From IMG/VR virus record IMGVR_UViG_3300017917_003379: a stretch of 64,000 nt of DNA. The stretch is one strand, 5' to 3'. The notes under the pieces are model-generated. The model was given only the letters and a program-made list of their open reading frames with translations, searched no databases and was not told the DNA's origin. The position numbers and the translations under genes were made by a program. Below, one piece after another: positions 19,151 to 29,204 of this stretch. The stretch is from a virus. The first letter of the stretch is position 1, and each line of letters starts with the position of its first letter.

Positions 19151-19455
19151 TGTATATCATTACTCCACATATAAGTACATCACAACGCCCAATAATTGAT
19201 ACTATATTTGGTATGGGTTCTTTTCGAGTAGAATCAGAACAAGATGTTTGGCAACTTAATACAGAACATGAAACTTATGAAGAACAAATTACTTGGCTTC
19301 GCAATCGTGTAAATTTTCTTGCTGAACGTATTGCTTCTCATGACCCAGAAATATTACCTTATCTTACCACAATTGATGTTGATGCATGCAATGAAGAATT
19401 AAACAACGGGCAACTAACATTATGTGATATAACTATAACAATACGTAAAATTTAA
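19150..19455 (+). CDS. Hypothetical protein, possible fibre chaperone
   Basis: Translationally coupled (TAATG) to the fibre gene. Confidence 0.45.
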   Translation: MYIITPHISTSQRPIIDTIFGMGSFRVESEQDVWQLNTEHETYEEQITWLRNRVNFLAERIASHDPEILPYLTTIDVDACNEELNNGQLTLCDITITIRKI

Positions 19456-19513
19456 TTTAAAAGTTTGGTTGTTTCCTCCTTCTTGTATATATTTATATCA
19501 AATATAAAAAAAC

Positions 19514-19801
19514 ATGTTAGCTATTACTACTTTAATTATTTTGAGTGTTATTATTGGTTTTTGGATTGTTTTTAAACATAACAAATTATCATCTGTTGAC
19601 TCTGTTAGTGATATCAAAGAAACAGAAGAACCATTAGGATATGAAACAAGTTCCTTAGCTTCTATTTCTGAATCTATCCCTTCTACACCAGAGCAAACAG
19701 AAAAAACTACTCCTAAAACTGCTCCTAAAACACAGAAAAAAAGTACTACTAAAGCACCAAAAATGAATACTAAACCACAAACTAAAAAGAAAAATGGTTA
19801 A
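19514..19801 (+). CDS. Single-pass membrane protein with Lys/Thr/Pro-rich tail
   Basis: N-terminal hydrophobic helix followed by a low-complexity basic C-terminus. Confidence 0.55.
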   Translation: MLAITTLIILSVIIGFWIVFKHNKLSSVDSVSDIKETEEPLGYETSSLASISESIPSTPEQTEKTTPKTAPKTQKKSTTKAPKMNTKPQTKKKNG

Positions 19802-20027
19802 ATTAGTTGAAGTAGCTAAAGCGTGGATAGCAGCTGCTAATCCTACTCCTGAGCAAAAGGAAGTAGCTAATCATCGCGCTTCTGTATGTGAAGGATGCCC
19901 GCATAAAAAGTTTATAGATATGCTTAATACATATGTTTGTGGATTATGTGGATGCCCTTTAAGTAAAAAAATATTCAGCCCTCTTCCAGGACAACAAGCT
20001 TGCCCTGATAAACGTTGGGAAAAATAA
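19794..20027 (+). CDS. Cys-rich putative metal-binding protein
   Basis: CEGC..CGLCGCPL..ACPDKRW. Confidence 0.6.
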   Translation: MVKLVEVAKAWIAAANPTPEQKEVANHRASVCEGCPHKKFIDMLNTYVCGLCGCPLSKKIFSPLPGQQACPDKRWEK

Positions 20028-20034
20028 AAAAGCT

Positions 20035-20307
20035 ATGACAGAAACAAAAAAACTTACAACTGAAGAATTAAATCAGATTAAAGAAATGCAACAACAATAC
20101 AACAAGTTTGTATTTGAACTTGGTAGTATTGAGGCACAACTTCAAAATGTTTTGGAAACTAAAAAAATGATTGAATCTGAAAAAGCAAATGCTTTAGAAG
20201 ATTTAAAAAAATTAGGTGAACGTGAAAAAGAAGTAATCAGTACCTTACAAGCAAAATATGGTGTAGGGAATATTGATATAGAAACTGGAACAATTACCCC
20301 CTTCTAA
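20035..20307 (+). CDS. Coiled-coil protein, possible assembly chaperone
   Basis: Heptad pattern and C-terminal KYGVGNIDIETG. Confidence 0.55.
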   Translation: MTETKKLTTEELNQIKEMQQQYNKFVFELGSIEAQLQNVLETKKMIESEKANALEDLKKLGEREKEVISTLQAKYGVGNIDIETGTITPF

Positions 20308-20392
20308 TATATAAACTTCTGCGTTTTATATATTTTTGTCAATATTTATCATTAGGTAACCCCTAATTATAAATTAAAACAATCATAATAAA

Positions 20393-22546
20393 ATGTCAGA
20401 AGTAATTCTTTCCCCTGGTGTATTTCAGATTGAATCTGATCAAAGTCTATACACACAAGCACCTCCTGCGTTAGGTGCTGCTATAGTAGGTCCTACAGTA
20501 GGTGGTCGTCCATTCGTACCAACCTATGTTACCACCTATAATCAGTATTTATCAATATTTGGTGATGTATTTAAAAGTGGTAGTTACTACTATGAATACT
20601 TCACATCACAAGCTGCTCGTGAATATTTCCAAAATGGTGGGCAATCACTATTAGTAACAAGAATCATTAGTGGTTCAACTAATATTGGAACTTACGCTCA
20701 AGCCACTGTACCTAGCTTTGTTCCTTCTACCGTTGGAGCTAAAGCTTCAGCTTCATTTACAGTTAACTCTGCCGTTACAGAAAGTTCTTTCTTTGTAAGA
20801 TTGAGCATTCCTGGAGTAAATGATTATTTTATAACTAGAATTGAGGGTGGTTGGATGGCCGTAGGTGAAGGTTACTATGATACACTTCAAGATACTGTAT
20901 ATATAGAAATGGGTACTAACCCTAGTCTAGATCAATGGGCACATTATGTTACTGCTTCTATTAATAATAGTGCTAGTTTCTTTGACAATAACTTTACAGC
21001 CTCTTATAATACTAGTACTAAAGTATTAACTATTACTGCTGTTACAAATGAATCTGCAAATGCTACTCCTAATGGTAATTGGTCTATAGGCTATGGTTTA
21101 TATTGGCCTGGTGATTCCAACCCCAGCCGCAATACGAATTTTGGTGGTGGGTCCAATGGTTCTAATGCAAGTTCATTTACTCTTGAAACATTAGCTTGGG
21201 GTAGCCAAATGAACAACACTTCTAGTATGGTAAGTGGTGCTTTAGCTAGTGGTTCTGCTCAAAATGTTCGTTGGGAAGTAACTAACGTAAACACAGGTAG
21301 TGGTACATTTACTGTTGTAGTACGTCGTGGTGATGATAATGATGCTCAAAAGAATATTTTAGAAACATGGGCTAATGTAAGTTTAGACCCTCAACTACCA
21401 AACTATATCTCTCGTGTAATTGGTGATTTAAAACCAGTATATAATACAACTACAAATCAAGTTGACTTTGTAGGTAGCTATCCTAACCAATCATTATATG
21501 TTCGTGTAGCTTCAGTAACTACTCCAAATATTGATTCAATTGATAATAATGGTAATTATAAAGCAACTATCTATAGCGGTAGCTTACCTCAAGTAGGTAG
21601 TGGTTCATATGGTGGTTCATTTAGTGGTGGTGTATCTGATACTAACCGTCCTAAACTAATGAACGAAAACATCACAACCAGCAATATTCAAGGTTTCTCA
21701 CCTAATGACTATACAGAAGCTTTCCAATTATTGTCAAACAAAGATGAATATCGTTTCAATGTATTGTTAGCTCCTGGTTTGAGTTTAGACACATCTGCTG
21801 CTGATGATATGATTTCATGTGTTGAAGGTCGTGGTGATGCAATTGCAATTGTAGATAATGGTATTTATACTAATGCTACAGTAGCGGGAGCTGTACAAAA
21901 TGCTGCTGGTCAATCTAGTAACTATGCTGCTACTTATTTCCCTTGGGTTCAAGTATTCTCTAATAATTTAGGTAAAACTGTATGGTGTCCTCCATCAACT
22001 GTAATAGGTGGTGTATTAGCATTTAACGACCAAGTAGGTGCTGAATGGTTTGCTCCTGCTGGTTTAAATCGTGGTGGTATTCCTTCAGTAGTAAGAGCTC
22101 AATTCCGTCTATCTCAAACAGATCGCGACACATTATATACTGGAAATGTTAACCCATTAGCTACATTCCCTGGAACTGGAGTATGTGTATGGGGTCAGAA
22201 AACATTACAGCGTAAGCCAACATCTCTTGATCGTGTGAATGTTCGTCGTTTGTTGATTGCATTAAAAGATTTCATCGGTGGTGTTGCTCGTAACTTAGTA
22301 TTCGAACAAAACACAACTGTTACTCGTAACCGTTTCTTAAGCCAAGTAAACCCATATCTTGAATCTGTAGTTCAACGTCAAGGTTTATTTGCTTATAGAG
22401 TAGTAATGGATGATACTAATAACACACCTGATGTAATCGATAGAAATCAATTAGTAGGCCAAATCTACATCCAGCCTACTAAGACAGCTGAATATATCAT
22501 CCTAAACTTTAACTTAACTCCAACTGGTGCTACATTCCCTGCATAA
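20393..22546 (+). CDS. Tail sheath protein (gp18-like)
   Basis: SPGVFQIESD, YFPWV, WFAPAGLNRG, NPLATFPG, WGQKTLQ, RVNVRRL, FEQN, IQPTKTAEYI. Confidence 0.95.
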   Translation: MSEVILSPGVFQIESDQSLYTQAPPALGAAIVGPTVGGRPFVPTYVTTYNQYLSIFGDVFKSGSYYYEYFTSQAAREYFQNGGQSLLVTRIISGSTNIGTYAQATVPSFVPSTVGAKASASFTVNSAVTESSFFVRLSIPGVNDYFITRIEGGWMAVGEGYYDTLQDTVYIEMGTNPSLDQWAHYVTASINNSASFFDNNFTASYNTSTKVLTITAVTNESANATPNGNWSIGYGLYWPGDSNPSRNTNFGGGSNGSNASSFTLETLAWGSQMNNTSSMVSGALASGSAQNVRWEVTNVNTGSGTFTVVVRRGDDNDAQKNILETWANVSLDPQLPNYISRVIGDLKPVYNTTTNQVDFVGSYPNQSLYVRVASVTTPNIDSIDNNGNYKATIYSGSLPQVGSGSYGGSFSGGVSDTNRPKLMNENITTSNIQGFSPNDYTEAFQLLSNKDEYRFNVLLAPGLSLDTSAADDMISCVEGRGDAIAIVDNGIYTNATVAGAVQNAAGQSSNYAATYFPWVQVFSNNLGKTVWCPPSTVIGGVLAFNDQVGAEWFAPAGLNRGGIPSVVRAQFRLSQTDRDTLYTGNVNPLATFPGTGVCVWGQKTLQRKPTSLDRVNVRRLLIALKDFIGGVARNLVFEQNTTVTRNRFLSQVNPYLESVVQRQGLFAYRVVMDDTNNTPDVIDRNQLVGQIYIQPTKTAEYIILNFNLTPTGATFPA

Positions 22547-22594
22547 GGGATTGTAGCCCCATATATTTATTAATAGACTAAATATAATATAAAA

Positions 22595-23080
22595 ATGCCT
22601 GTATTAAATCCTAATGAAATAATGTTTACAGCGTTTGAACCAAAAGTTCAAAACCGCTTTATCATGTATATTGATGGTATCCCTGCATACCTAATTAAAA
22701 AAGCCAGTGCTCCTGGATTCGACGCTGGAGAAATCATATTAGATCACATTAACGTTTATCGTAAAGTTAAAGGTAAAGTTAAATGGAGTGATATGAATTT
22801 AGAACTATATGATCCCGTTACACCAAGTGGTGCTCAAGCAGTAATGGAATGGGCTCGTTTAGCACACGAATCCGTAACAGGTAGAGATGGATATTCTGAT
22901 TTCTATAAAAAAGACATCACATTAAATATTTTAGGTCCTGTAGGTGATATTGTTGGTGAGTGGATTGTTAAAGGCGCTTATGTTAAAACAGCAAATTTTG
23001 GTGATTATGATTGGGCAGCAGATGCCGCAATTAACTTATCAGTAACATTAGCTATGGATTATTGCGTCCTCAATTTCTGA
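22595..23080 (+). CDS. Tail tube protein (gp19-like)
   Basis: Follows sheath. EPKVQNRF, KWSDMNLELYDP, YKKDITL, EWIVKGAY. Confidence 0.88.
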   Translation: MPVLNPNEIMFTAFEPKVQNRFIMYIDGIPAYLIKKASAPGFDAGEIILDHINVYRKVKGKVKWSDMNLELYDPVTPSGAQAVMEWARLAHESVTGRDGYSDFYKKDITLNILGPVGDIVGEWIVKGAYVKTANFGDYDWAADAAINLSVTLAMDYCVLNF

Positions 23081-23175
23081 TCCTTAATTAAGAAAATAGC
23101 GATCCAAATCATGTCTTTTAACCCTCTCGTATATTAATACACGTCTTCTATTCCCCTTCATATTTCTCAACTTCC

Positions 23176-23205
23176 GGCGTTTGCTTTTGCAAACGCCTTC
23201 TTTTT
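23176..23205 (+). terminator. Intrinsic terminator after the tail tube gene
   Basis: ggcgtttgc-tttt-gcaaacgcc then ttctttttt. Confidence 0.8.
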
Positions 23206-23248
23206 ACATATATTTATATACACAAATAATATAAATAAAAACTAGTTT

Positions 23249-24007
23249 ATGGCTGAATTAAAATTACCCACAGAAATTGTTTCGTTACCTTCTAAAGGTT
23301 TACTTTATCCAAAAGAATCACCTCTATCTAAAGGTGAAATAGAAATGAAGTATATGAGTGCACGCGAAGAAGACATTCTTACTAACACTAACTTCATTAA
23401 AAATGGTACTGTTATTGACAAATTACTACAATCATTAATTGTAACTCCAATCAATTATGATGAGTTATTAATTGGTGACAAAAATGCCATCTTAATTGCA
23501 GCGCGTATCTTAGGATATGGTGCTGAATATTCGTTTAAATATACTGATGAACGAGGTAATGAAAGAGAAGCTACTGTTGATTTATCTAAATTAGATGAAA
23601 AGCAATTAGATGCATCTTTAATTAAAGATGGTGTAAATGAATTTACATTTACTTTGCCTAAATCAAACAACGTAGTTACATTTAAACTATTGACACACGG
23701 TGATGAGAAAAAAATTGATGCTGAAATTAAAGGTTTACAAAAAATAAACCCAAATGGTTCATTTGATGTTACTACCCGTTTAAAGCATATTATCACTTCA
23801 ATCAACGGAGACCGTGAAATAAAATCTGTTCGTGATTTTGTAGATAATTATCTACTAGCAGTTGAAGCTAGAGCATTACGTGAATATTATGCTCAAGTAC
23901 AACCTGATATTAAACTCAAATTCACCCCAGATGACGAAAACTATACAGGGGAGGGTATAGATGTACCTATTTCTCTTAACTTTTTTTGGCCTGACTCCAG
24001 AGTATAG
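23249..24007 (+). CDS. Baseplate hub / tail assembly chaperone (gp26-like)
   Basis: LPSKGLLY, MSAREEDIL, GDKNAILIAARILGYG, C-terminal NFFWP. Lies between tube and tape measure. Confidence 0.65.
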   Translation: MAELKLPTEIVSLPSKGLLYPKESPLSKGEIEMKYMSAREEDILTNTNFIKNGTVIDKLLQSLIVTPINYDELLIGDKNAILIAARILGYGAEYSFKYTDERGNEREATVDLSKLDEKQLDASLIKDGVNEFTFTLPKSNNVVTFKLLTHGDEKKIDAEIKGLQKINPNGSFDVTTRLKHIITSINGDREIKSVRDFVDNYLLAVEARALREYYAQVQPDIKLKFTPDDENYTGEGIDVPISLNFFWPDSRV

Positions 24008-24260
24008 ACCCACATTATTTAAACAAATCCATGAAATAGTATTTCATGGAAACGGAGGATATGATTGGGATACTGTTTATAACATGCCTTTATGGTTACG
24101 TAGAACTACATTTAATTTATTAAAAGAATACTACGATAAACAAAATGAAGAGGCTGAAAAACAGCAAAATATGCTTAAAAACAAAACAAATGCTTCTAAA
24201 GATATAGCAAGACCAAATATAGCTCCACCAAATTATGTTGCGAAGGCGCCTAAAAAATAG
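23961..24260 (+). CDS. Chaperone C-terminal module (gp51-like), probably expressed by frameshift
   Basis: Overlaps the previous ORF in the +1 frame across a T7 run (23981-23987). YDWDTVYNMPLWLRR motif. Confidence 0.6.
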   Translation: MYLFLLTFFGLTPEYRPTLFKQIHEIVFHGNGGYDWDTVYNMPLWLRRTTFNLLKEYYDKQNEEAEKQQNMLKNKTNASKDIARPNIAPPNYVAKAPKK

Positions 24261-24296
24261 GTGCCTTCCAATATTTATATAATATAATACTATATT

Positions 24297-26507
24297 ATGG
24301 CAGAATTAACCCCAGAACAAATACGATTAGAACAGGAACGACTTGATCTTATTGAGAAACAGAATGCTGCTGCTAAAGAACTAGCTAGTACATATGAAAA
24401 AATAGCCAAGAGTAAAATAAAACTTACTCAAGATGAAAAAAATATTTTAGGATTAACTAAACAAGTAGCAGACATGTCCTCTACTTTAGAAAAATCCATA
24501 AATAAAAGACTATCAGGAAGTGCTTCAATTAAAGATTTAGAAAAATCAATTACTGCATTAAAAAATGATCAGGTTCGTAATGGAGGTGCTCTTAGAGATT
24601 ATGAAGAAAAAATAAATAAGCTTAAACAAAAAGCATTAGAAGGATTTAAAAAATCCTTTAAAGAAGAAAATTTACAAAAAGATCTTCTTAGAAAGGCTCA
24701 TCTAGAAGAATTAAAGATTATGGATGAAATAGATGCCTTAAAAAAAGGAGATGGAGATTCTGAAAAAATAGCCGACGCAAGAAAACAATTAGTTCTTCAA
24801 AGAGATATTGTAAAGGATTATCAAGATCAACTTAGTAAAGCTACAAAATTAAAAGAAAACCAAAAAGAGATATTTAAACAACTAGAAGCATCTAAAAAAG
24901 CCCATGAAAAGATAAAAGAAGAACAACAAAAAGAAATTGAACTAGCAGAACAAACTTTAGCTGAAACTAAAAAAAGAGAAGCAAAAGAAGCGATAATAGG
25001 TACTTTAAAAAAACAACTTAGAATAGATGAAATAAAAGACATGTTTACTATAGCAGGTCTTTTAAAAATAATAATAGATGCTGCTGTTCGCTTTAATAAT
25101 ACTTCAGTACAAATAGGAAAAAATTTAGGATATGGAGCAGACCAAGCAGATAGAGTAACATCTAACTTAACTAGTATAGCTAATAGTTCTTCTAATCTTA
25201 ATGTTAATCTTAAGAATTTAGGAGAAGCAATGTCTCAATTAAATGAGGCAACAGGAGGAGTAGCTGAATATTCTGCTGATGCTCTTGAAACTCAAATATT
25301 ACTAACTAAACAATTTGGTTTAACAGGAGATGAAGCAGCAGGTATATATAAATTTTCTGTATTAACAGGTAAAGCATCTTCTACCATTAATAAAGAAATG
25401 GCAGGAGCATTTGCTAGTACTAGAAATTCTGTTAGAGGATCAGCCAATTTTAAAACAACAATGGCTGAGGTATCTAAAATATCTGGTCAATTAGCTGCTA
25501 ACTTCAAAAATAACCCTGCTGAATTAACTAAAGCAGTAGTACAGGCACAAGCATTAGGTACTACACTTGAAAAAGCAAAAAGCCAAGGTGAAGCATTACT
25601 TAATTTTGAATCTTCAATTGAAAATGAATTAAAAGCAGAATTACTTACTGGTCAACAAATGAACTTAGAAAGAGCTAGAGCAGCTGCTTTAATGGGTGAT
25701 CAAGTAACAGTAGCAAAGGAACTTGCAAATCAAGGTATGACACTTGAAAAGTTCCAAAATATGAATGTATTAGCACAAAAATCATTTGCTGAAGCACTAG
25801 GATTAAGTGCAGATGAATTATCAGAGCAATTAAAAAAACAAAAAATAGCTCAAGAACAAGGAAAATCATTAGCTCAAATAACTGAAGAAGAAGCATTAGA
25901 AGCTCAAAAAAGACAAAACATACAAGATAAATTTAATGCTGCTATTGAAAAATTACAAGATTTAATTGGCAGTTTAGTAGCTGGACCTTTAGGAAAATTT
26001 CTAGAAATTATAACTGATATATTAAGTAATACTACATTATTGTCTGCTTTATTAGGTGGTGCTTTAATAGCTAATTTAAGGCGAGTTAAAAAGGCAAGTA
26101 TTGGTAGTGCTATAGCAGATATTATAGGAGGTGCATGGAAAGCATTAGGTGGTTTATATGTTATTGGCCCCGCATTAGCAGGAGCCGCTATAGCAGGTGG
26201 AATAGCATATCTAAACTCTAAAACCGCAGATGATATGATATCTCCAGGATATGGTAAGCGTACTATATTATCACCTGAGGGTTCTATTAGATTAAATGAT
26301 AATGATACTATAGTAGCAGGTACTAATTTAGGTGGTGATGGTAAAGGTGAATCTATATCACCAACAATAGATTTAACACCAATGATTGCTGCTATTAATC
26401 AAGTTAAAGCATCCGTTGATAGATTATATAATAAAGATACTTCCATTAATATGGATGGTAAAAAAGTAGGTACAACATTAACACAAGGTTCATATAAAGT
26501 AGCGTAA
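24297..26507 (+). CDS. Tape measure protein
   Basis: Long helical Ala/Lys/Glu-rich protein after the chaperones. LLNFESSIENELKAELLTG. Hydrophobic Gly/Ala C-terminal stretch. Confidence 0.8.
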   Translation: MAELTPEQIRLEQERLDLIEKQNAAAKELASTYEKIAKSKIKLTQDEKNILGLTKQVADMSSTLEKSINKRLSGSASIKDLEKSITALKNDQVRNGGALRDYEEKINKLKQKALEGFKKSFKEENLQKDLLRKAHLEELKIMDEIDALKKGDGDSEKIADARKQLVLQRDIVKDYQDQLSKATKLKENQKEIFKQLEASKKAHEKIKEEQQKEIELAEQTLAETKKREAKEAIIGTLKKQLRIDEIKDMFTIAGLLKIIIDAAVRFNNTSVQIGKNLGYGADQADRVTSNLTSIANSSSNLNVNLKNLGEAMSQLNEATGGVAEYSADALETQILLTKQFGLTGDEAAGIYKFSVLTGKASSTINKEMAGAFASTRNSVRGSANFKTTMAEVSKISGQLAANFKNNPAELTKAVVQAQALGTTLEKAKSQGEALLNFESSIENELKAELLTGQQMNLERARAAALMGDQVTVAKELANQGMTLEKFQNMNVLAQKSFAEALGLSADELSEQLKKQKIAQEQGKSLAQITEEEALEAQKRQNIQDKFNAAIEKLQDLIGSLVAGPLGKFLEIITDILSNTTLLSALLGGALIANLRRVKKASIGSAIADIIGGAWKALGGLYVIGPALAGAAIAGGIAYLNSKTADDMISPGYGKRTILSPEGSIRLNDNDTIVAGTNLGGDGKGESISPTIDLTPMIAAINQVKASVDRLYNKDTSINMDGKKVGTTLTQGSYKVA

Positions 26508-26545
26508 AAGCTCAATATTTATACCAAATAATAAAACAATAAATC

Positions 26546-26890
26546 ATGGCATCAGTATTAAACCAATTACCAAACAGTTCATTAAGCCTACAAGGCAATG
26601 GATTTGACCCACAACAAAACCAACCAGCTTGGGGTTATATTGATTCTACAGCTAACCTAGATCCTGCAGCTAGTAGACTACAATACACATATTCTGTGGA
26701 TTCTATTCCTCCTGTTAGAATAAAAAACTTTAATAGAAACGGAGTAACATCAGTAACAGCAGAATCTAGATTAGACGAATTAGATACCAGAGCCCCTAAC
26801 TTACAACCTTTAGGTGTTGTATCTCAAAACTACAAATCTAAAGTAGGACGCCAATATAAGCAATTAGGACCTCAGCCTGGACGTTACTAA
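26546..26890 (+). CDS. Tail-module hypothetical protein
   Basis: 114-aa ORF behind ATATTTAT. Confidence 0.5.
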   Translation: MASVLNQLPNSSLSLQGNGFDPQQNQPAWGYIDSTANLDPAASRLQYTYSVDSIPPVRIKNFNRNGVTSVTAESRLDELDTRAPNLQPLGVVSQNYKSKVGRQYKQLGPQPGRY

Positions 26891-26901
26891 TAAAATATTA
26901 A

Positions 26902-28881
26902 ATGTCGCTTTTAAACCTACGCACAGATTTAAAATCACTTAAATACGGTTCTGACCGCCCTGGTGGTGGGGATAGTGGTTTGCCTTATATTAAAACTGAT
27001 ATCAATACTATTGATAGTGGTTTTAATAGGTTACGTTTAACTAAATTTGATGATGGTTTAATTAGAGGAGGAACAATAGGAGCATTAAATGCTTCTGTTA
27101 CGGATACTTTACGTATTAGTAAATTTTTAATTGATCCTCCTAAAGGACCTCTATTCATTGCCAAACAAGTTGGATTACAATTATCCAATCCTCGTTTAGA
27201 AGTACCTAAAAACCCTGCTAATATAGTTTTAGGAGCATCAGATAACGCATTAGCAGTAGGAACAAATGGTTTATTAGAACCAACTCGCATTTATAATCTA
27301 GGAATTAATACAATTGCCCAGATACCAGTAAATGCTTTTGGAGGCCATTTTAATAGACATGGTATATTGCCTGTTCAAACCGATGCTAGTAAATACGAAG
27401 CTGTAGTTACTGCTAATAATAATGTATTAGGATCTTCTGAATTTAACAGACTAGTAAGTTTAGCTAATAAATTTAAATTAGGAGATAGAACTCCTAATTC
27501 GACTACTAATAGACAAGCAATAAGTATATTTAATACATTAAGCCAAGCCGCCAGTATTATTACAGGGATTTCTACTCCACCATTAGGAATCAGTCCTCAA
27601 GATCTTATTATTGATGATTATGTTGCTGGTCCTGGATCAACATATGGAATTGGTCGCACCACAATTAATAGAATTTCTAATACTGAGGATGGATATAAAA
27701 TAGGTTTATCTCTTGATCAAAGTAAACAATATGCTGGTAAAACCAGAAATCAAACAACAAGTGCCCCTGAACTAGTAGATTTTTCTAAAGATAAAAATAC
27801 AGGAAATAATGCTATATCTGCATACCCCATAATATCTCAAATAGAAGCAAGTATTATAAATAAAGCTATAAATCAATCTGTAGTAAATTACAGCAACATT
27901 AATTCAAAAACATATGCTGAGTTACAAAAACAAATAGAACAACAACAGCAATTAAAAAATGATAGTAAACTTTCTGGATCTATATATTATAACCAATTTG
28001 GAATTTATAATGTTACTGGATCTAATCCTAATGGCTCAACTAACGGTAGTTATTCTTCTATAGGTATAGAAAAAATAGGTTATAAAAATTCTTATGGTGA
28101 CGTTGTAATTATTAATAAATCTAATTGGAAAGATGCTTCTCGTGAAGTAAGAGTAGGAAGTGGAAGACAAGACCGAATTAACTTAACTCCTTTATTTAAT
28201 GCAGATGAAGGAAAAGATAGTCTAAACGTAAAAATAGGTAAAGACAATTACAATATAAATGACCTAGTTAAATTTAGAATACAAGCCATAAACACAAACA
28301 ACCCCAGCAAAGGTGTATATATGGTATTTAGAGCATACCTTACAGACTTATCAGATGATGTACAAGCCAACTGGAATGATATAAAATATGCTGGAAGAGG
28401 TGATAAATTTTATATATATGATGGGTTTAGTAGGAAAATGTCAATCGGATTTAAAGTAGCAGCATTATCTTCTAAAGAAATGCAACCTATGTATCAGAAA
28501 CTAAATTATTTGATGAGTAATCTAATGCCTGATTATGGTGAAGGTAAGGTAATGAGAGGCCCCTTAGTAAGAATGACTGTAGGTAATTACATTGATAGTC
28601 AATTAGGTGTTTTAAATTCATTAACATATAAAATATCTAATGATACACCTTGGGAAATAGCATTAAATGAACCTACAGTACAAGGAGGAATAAGAGAAAT
28701 GGTTTTACCTCACATAATTGAAGTATCATTAGGATTTACTCCTATTGGTTCTCAAACATGGAATCAAAACGAATTACCTAGAAAGGCTAATAATGTAACA
28801 AATATAGCTCAAAATTATAATGGAAAAAATGAATCTTCTAATTACATTAGACCAGATGATGTAATAGAAGAAGGAGTTTAA
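26902..28881 (+). CDS. Baseplate / tail tube initiator-like protein
   Basis: C-terminal FRAYLTDLSDD..W..KYAGRGDKFYIYDGFSRKM, RMTVGNY, PWE. Position after tape measure. Confidence 0.6.
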   Translation: MSLLNLRTDLKSLKYGSDRPGGGDSGLPYIKTDINTIDSGFNRLRLTKFDDGLIRGGTIGALNASVTDTLRISKFLIDPPKGPLFIAKQVGLQLSNPRLEVPKNPANIVLGASDNALAVGTNGLLEPTRIYNLGINTIAQIPVNAFGGHFNRHGILPVQTDASKYEAVVTANNNVLGSSEFNRLVSLANKFKLGDRTPNSTTNRQAISIFNTLSQAASIITGISTPPLGISPQDLIIDDYVAGPGSTYGIGRTTINRISNTEDGYKIGLSLDQSKQYAGKTRNQTTSAPELVDFSKDKNTGNNAISAYPIISQIEASIINKAINQSVVNYSNINSKTYAELQKQIEQQQQLKNDSKLSGSIYYNQFGIYNVTGSNPNGSTNGSYSSIGIEKIGYKNSYGDVVIINKSNWKDASREVRVGSGRQDRINLTPLFNADEGKDSLNVKIGKDNYNINDLVKFRIQAINTNNPSKGVYMVFRAYLTDLSDDVQANWNDIKYAGRGDKFYIYDGFSRKMSIGFKVAALSSKEMQPMYQKLNYLMSNLMPDYGEGKVMRGPLVRMTVGNYIDSQLGVLNSLTYKISNDTPWEIALNEPTVQGGIREMVLPHIIEVSLGFTPIGSQTWNQNELPRKANNVTNIAQNYNGKNESSNYIRPDDVIEEGV

Positions 28882-28890
28882 TAAGTAATT

Positions 28891-29199
28891 ATGGCATCAA
28901 GATACGATAACGGAACAATACTAACTACTACACAGAGTAGACCATATTATAAAGGTAAACAATATCCTAATATACCTTTATCTGAAACAGATGTATATGT
29001 TATTACAACTGTTGGAGATAGACTTGATTTATTAGCATATTCTTATTATAATGATGTAAACCTATGGTGGATAATAGCAGCAGCAAACAACAATATAACT
29101 AAAGGTTCTATGTTTCCTATACCTGGTACTCAATTAAGAATACCAGCAAATGCTGCTAATGTAATTAATTTATTTAATCAATTTAATCAAGCTAGATAA
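28891..29199 (+). CDS. LysM-like baseplate protein (gp53/tail X-like)
   Basis: GDRLDLLAYSYYNDVNLWWIIAAAN..GTQLRIP. Confidence 0.8.
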   Translation: MASRYDNGTILTTTQSRPYYKGKQYPNIPLSETDVYVITTVGDRLDLLAYSYYNDVNLWWIIAAANNNITKGSMFPIPGTQLRIPANAANVINLFNQFNQAR

Positions 29200-29204
29200 A
29201 TGTT

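Noticed and set aside
23080-23248. tRNA or ncRNA in this 168-bp intergenic gap
   Set aside because: No cloverleaf or T-arm motif was found by eye. A terminator and the late motif explain its 3' part. A covariance search was not run.
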